Shown one piece after another: positions 61,526 to 64,000 of a stretch of DNA of 64,000 nucleotides. Source of the stretch: the human T2T-CHM13v2.0 reference genome, Homo sapiens; the NCBI RefSeq assembly GCF_009914755.1, contig NC_060948.1; one strand, written 5' to 3'. Position numbers and translations under genes: made by a program. Position 1 is the first letter of the stretch. Every line of letters starts with the position of its first letter. The notes beneath the pieces are model-generated. The model saw only the letters and a program-made list of their open reading frames with translations, was not told the origin of the DNA and did not search any database.

Positions 61526-63628
61526 AGATCCATATTTTTTAAATGAAAAAAAATTTCAAAGGTACTCTGCTTGGTACAATAATCAAATGTATAAACTGAG
61601 GAATAAAACATAACCATGAAACCTACTTATAACTGCATATGGAAAATACAGAGGATAATTTTTTAAATAACATATTTTGAAAGCCTTAACTAGTAATTTG
61701 AAGAGTTGGCATTTGAAAGGCCAGTATGAATATACCTTCAAAGCAGCAACACAGGTTCCCCATGAGAAAAAGCAAACACAGGGAAAATAAAAACACAAAG
61801 GTTCAATCTCTTCTGACCTTTGAAAGACACAGCACAGACAGTGGTCCTTAGGACGAAGAGCAGGAGACCCCTAATTCCGTCACCATGGCGATAGGGCATA
61901 AACATTGCTGGGTGAGGGCACAATCCACATTGTGAGGTCCAACTGCTGCCAGGAAGACAGGAGTGCTTTTACATAGACCGAAAGGTCATTGAAGGCTCAG
62001 AGTTTTGTTTCAAGAACTGAATCCCAAGCCCACACGTTATTAGGCTGCGCTTCTTAAAACAAGTTATGAGATGGGAAAAAGGGCACCCACAAACATACGT
62101 ATACATTATGTATATAATAATATACAGTATCATATATATAATATATATAACCTATGTATAATATTGTTTTACATCCTGCATCTTATGTTATATATATTGT
62201 ATAAAATATAATAATTGATAATATATAAGTTTTATAATTATACAATATGACATATAGTATATATTATAATTTATGACATATATAATATATGTTATATATC
62301 ATATATAGAATATAGTATACGGTTAATATACGTATTAAATATAAATTATACATTATATATATTATATATAATATATCTGTTATATATAATACCCATTATG
62401 CATAATATATATATTATGTCTATGTTATATATAGTATAAAACAACATATAATAATATATAATTGTATATATAAAATGCGACATATAATATATATTATATT
62501 TTATAACATATGTAATATATATTATATATTATATATAATACGTTGTATGTATAATACCTATATTAAATATATATTATATGACTATGTTATTAATTACATG
62601 TCACATGTGTTATATATTATATATTTTACATAGAATATACCGGTTACATACAATATATACTATGTTACCTATAATGTATAATTTATTACATGTAAAATAA
62701 AGAATGCAATATATTATGTATAATTTATAATATACAATATGTGGAATGTGATATATATAACATATAATATATGATATATGATATACAGTATATGATATAT
62801 AACATACAATATATGATTCCTAATATATATGGTATACAATATATATTTTATGATATGTATTCTATATGTTTTATATTCTGTTATATATAACTATTTGAAA
62901 TTATATATAACTGTATAATATTTTATGTAAATATGTAATATAATATATATAACTATATAATATATTATATATAACTATATATTATGTTATGTATACTTTT
63001 ATAACATAATTTACAAAAAATATCATAATATAATATATATTATATTATTTCATATTACATAATATATATTACATATCACCCAATATAACTAACATACATA
63101 ATATTATAATATAGATTATATTATGTTATATTAAATATCATATATATCATGTATCATATATTCTATAATATATATTACACATTATATAATATGTATGCTG
63201 TCTATTATGTGATATATATAACTATATATAATTATATTTTTATACATATAACTAGATAAACATGTAATTCTACATATTTTCATTTATAATATGTAGAATT
63301 ATATAATCATATATAATTATTTATATTCTATAAAAAATTTTATCATTATATAAATTATAATATATAAAAATTATAATATGTACTACAAATATATATATTA
63401 TATATCATATATGATATAGTACCTTTGTTATATATCATAATACATATAAATGTGTATTATGTTATCTATAATTATATAATTTCATATATAAGGTGTATAA
63501 TATGTATCATATATTATATATGTTATGTAATATATATAGTATATATAAGATGACACAGGATAAATATTATATACTATGACATATAAAATATATGAGGTTA
63601 TATGTTACATATAAGGCATAGCACATAA

Positions 63629-63943
<315 letters not shown>

Positions 63944-64000
63944 AGATCCATATTTTTTAAATGAAAAAAAATTTCAAAGGTACTCTGCTTGGTACAATAA

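Overview
The whole window is one uninterrupted head-to-tail tandem array of a 2,418-2,422 bp unit (about 26.4 copies, one orientation, differing by only a few substitutions or small indels). Each unit has three parts: a diverged, 5'-clipped Alu on the minus strand (~290 bp), a ~570 bp moderately GC-containing segment, and a ~1.56 kb extremely AT-rich low-complexity domain. This architecture, the unit length and a predicted ~2.15 kb HaeIII fragment match the human satellite HSat1B/DYZ2. The most likely source is Yq12 heterochromatin, although smaller related arrays on the acrocentric short arms cannot be formally excluded. I find no credible protein-coding gene, RNA gene or novel enzymatic system, and the ORF track is one spurious ORF set copied with the repeat. 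The informative signal lies in the variants between units, which show monomer, dimer (~4.84 kb) and trimer (7,257 bp) duplications, a chimeric unit and displaced markers. Within the unit, there is an Alu with mixed S/Y diagnostics and an internal 16-bp duplication, and an AT domain containing many perfect inverted repeats. Units are numbered 1-27 by their Alu, and variant comparisons were made by eye.
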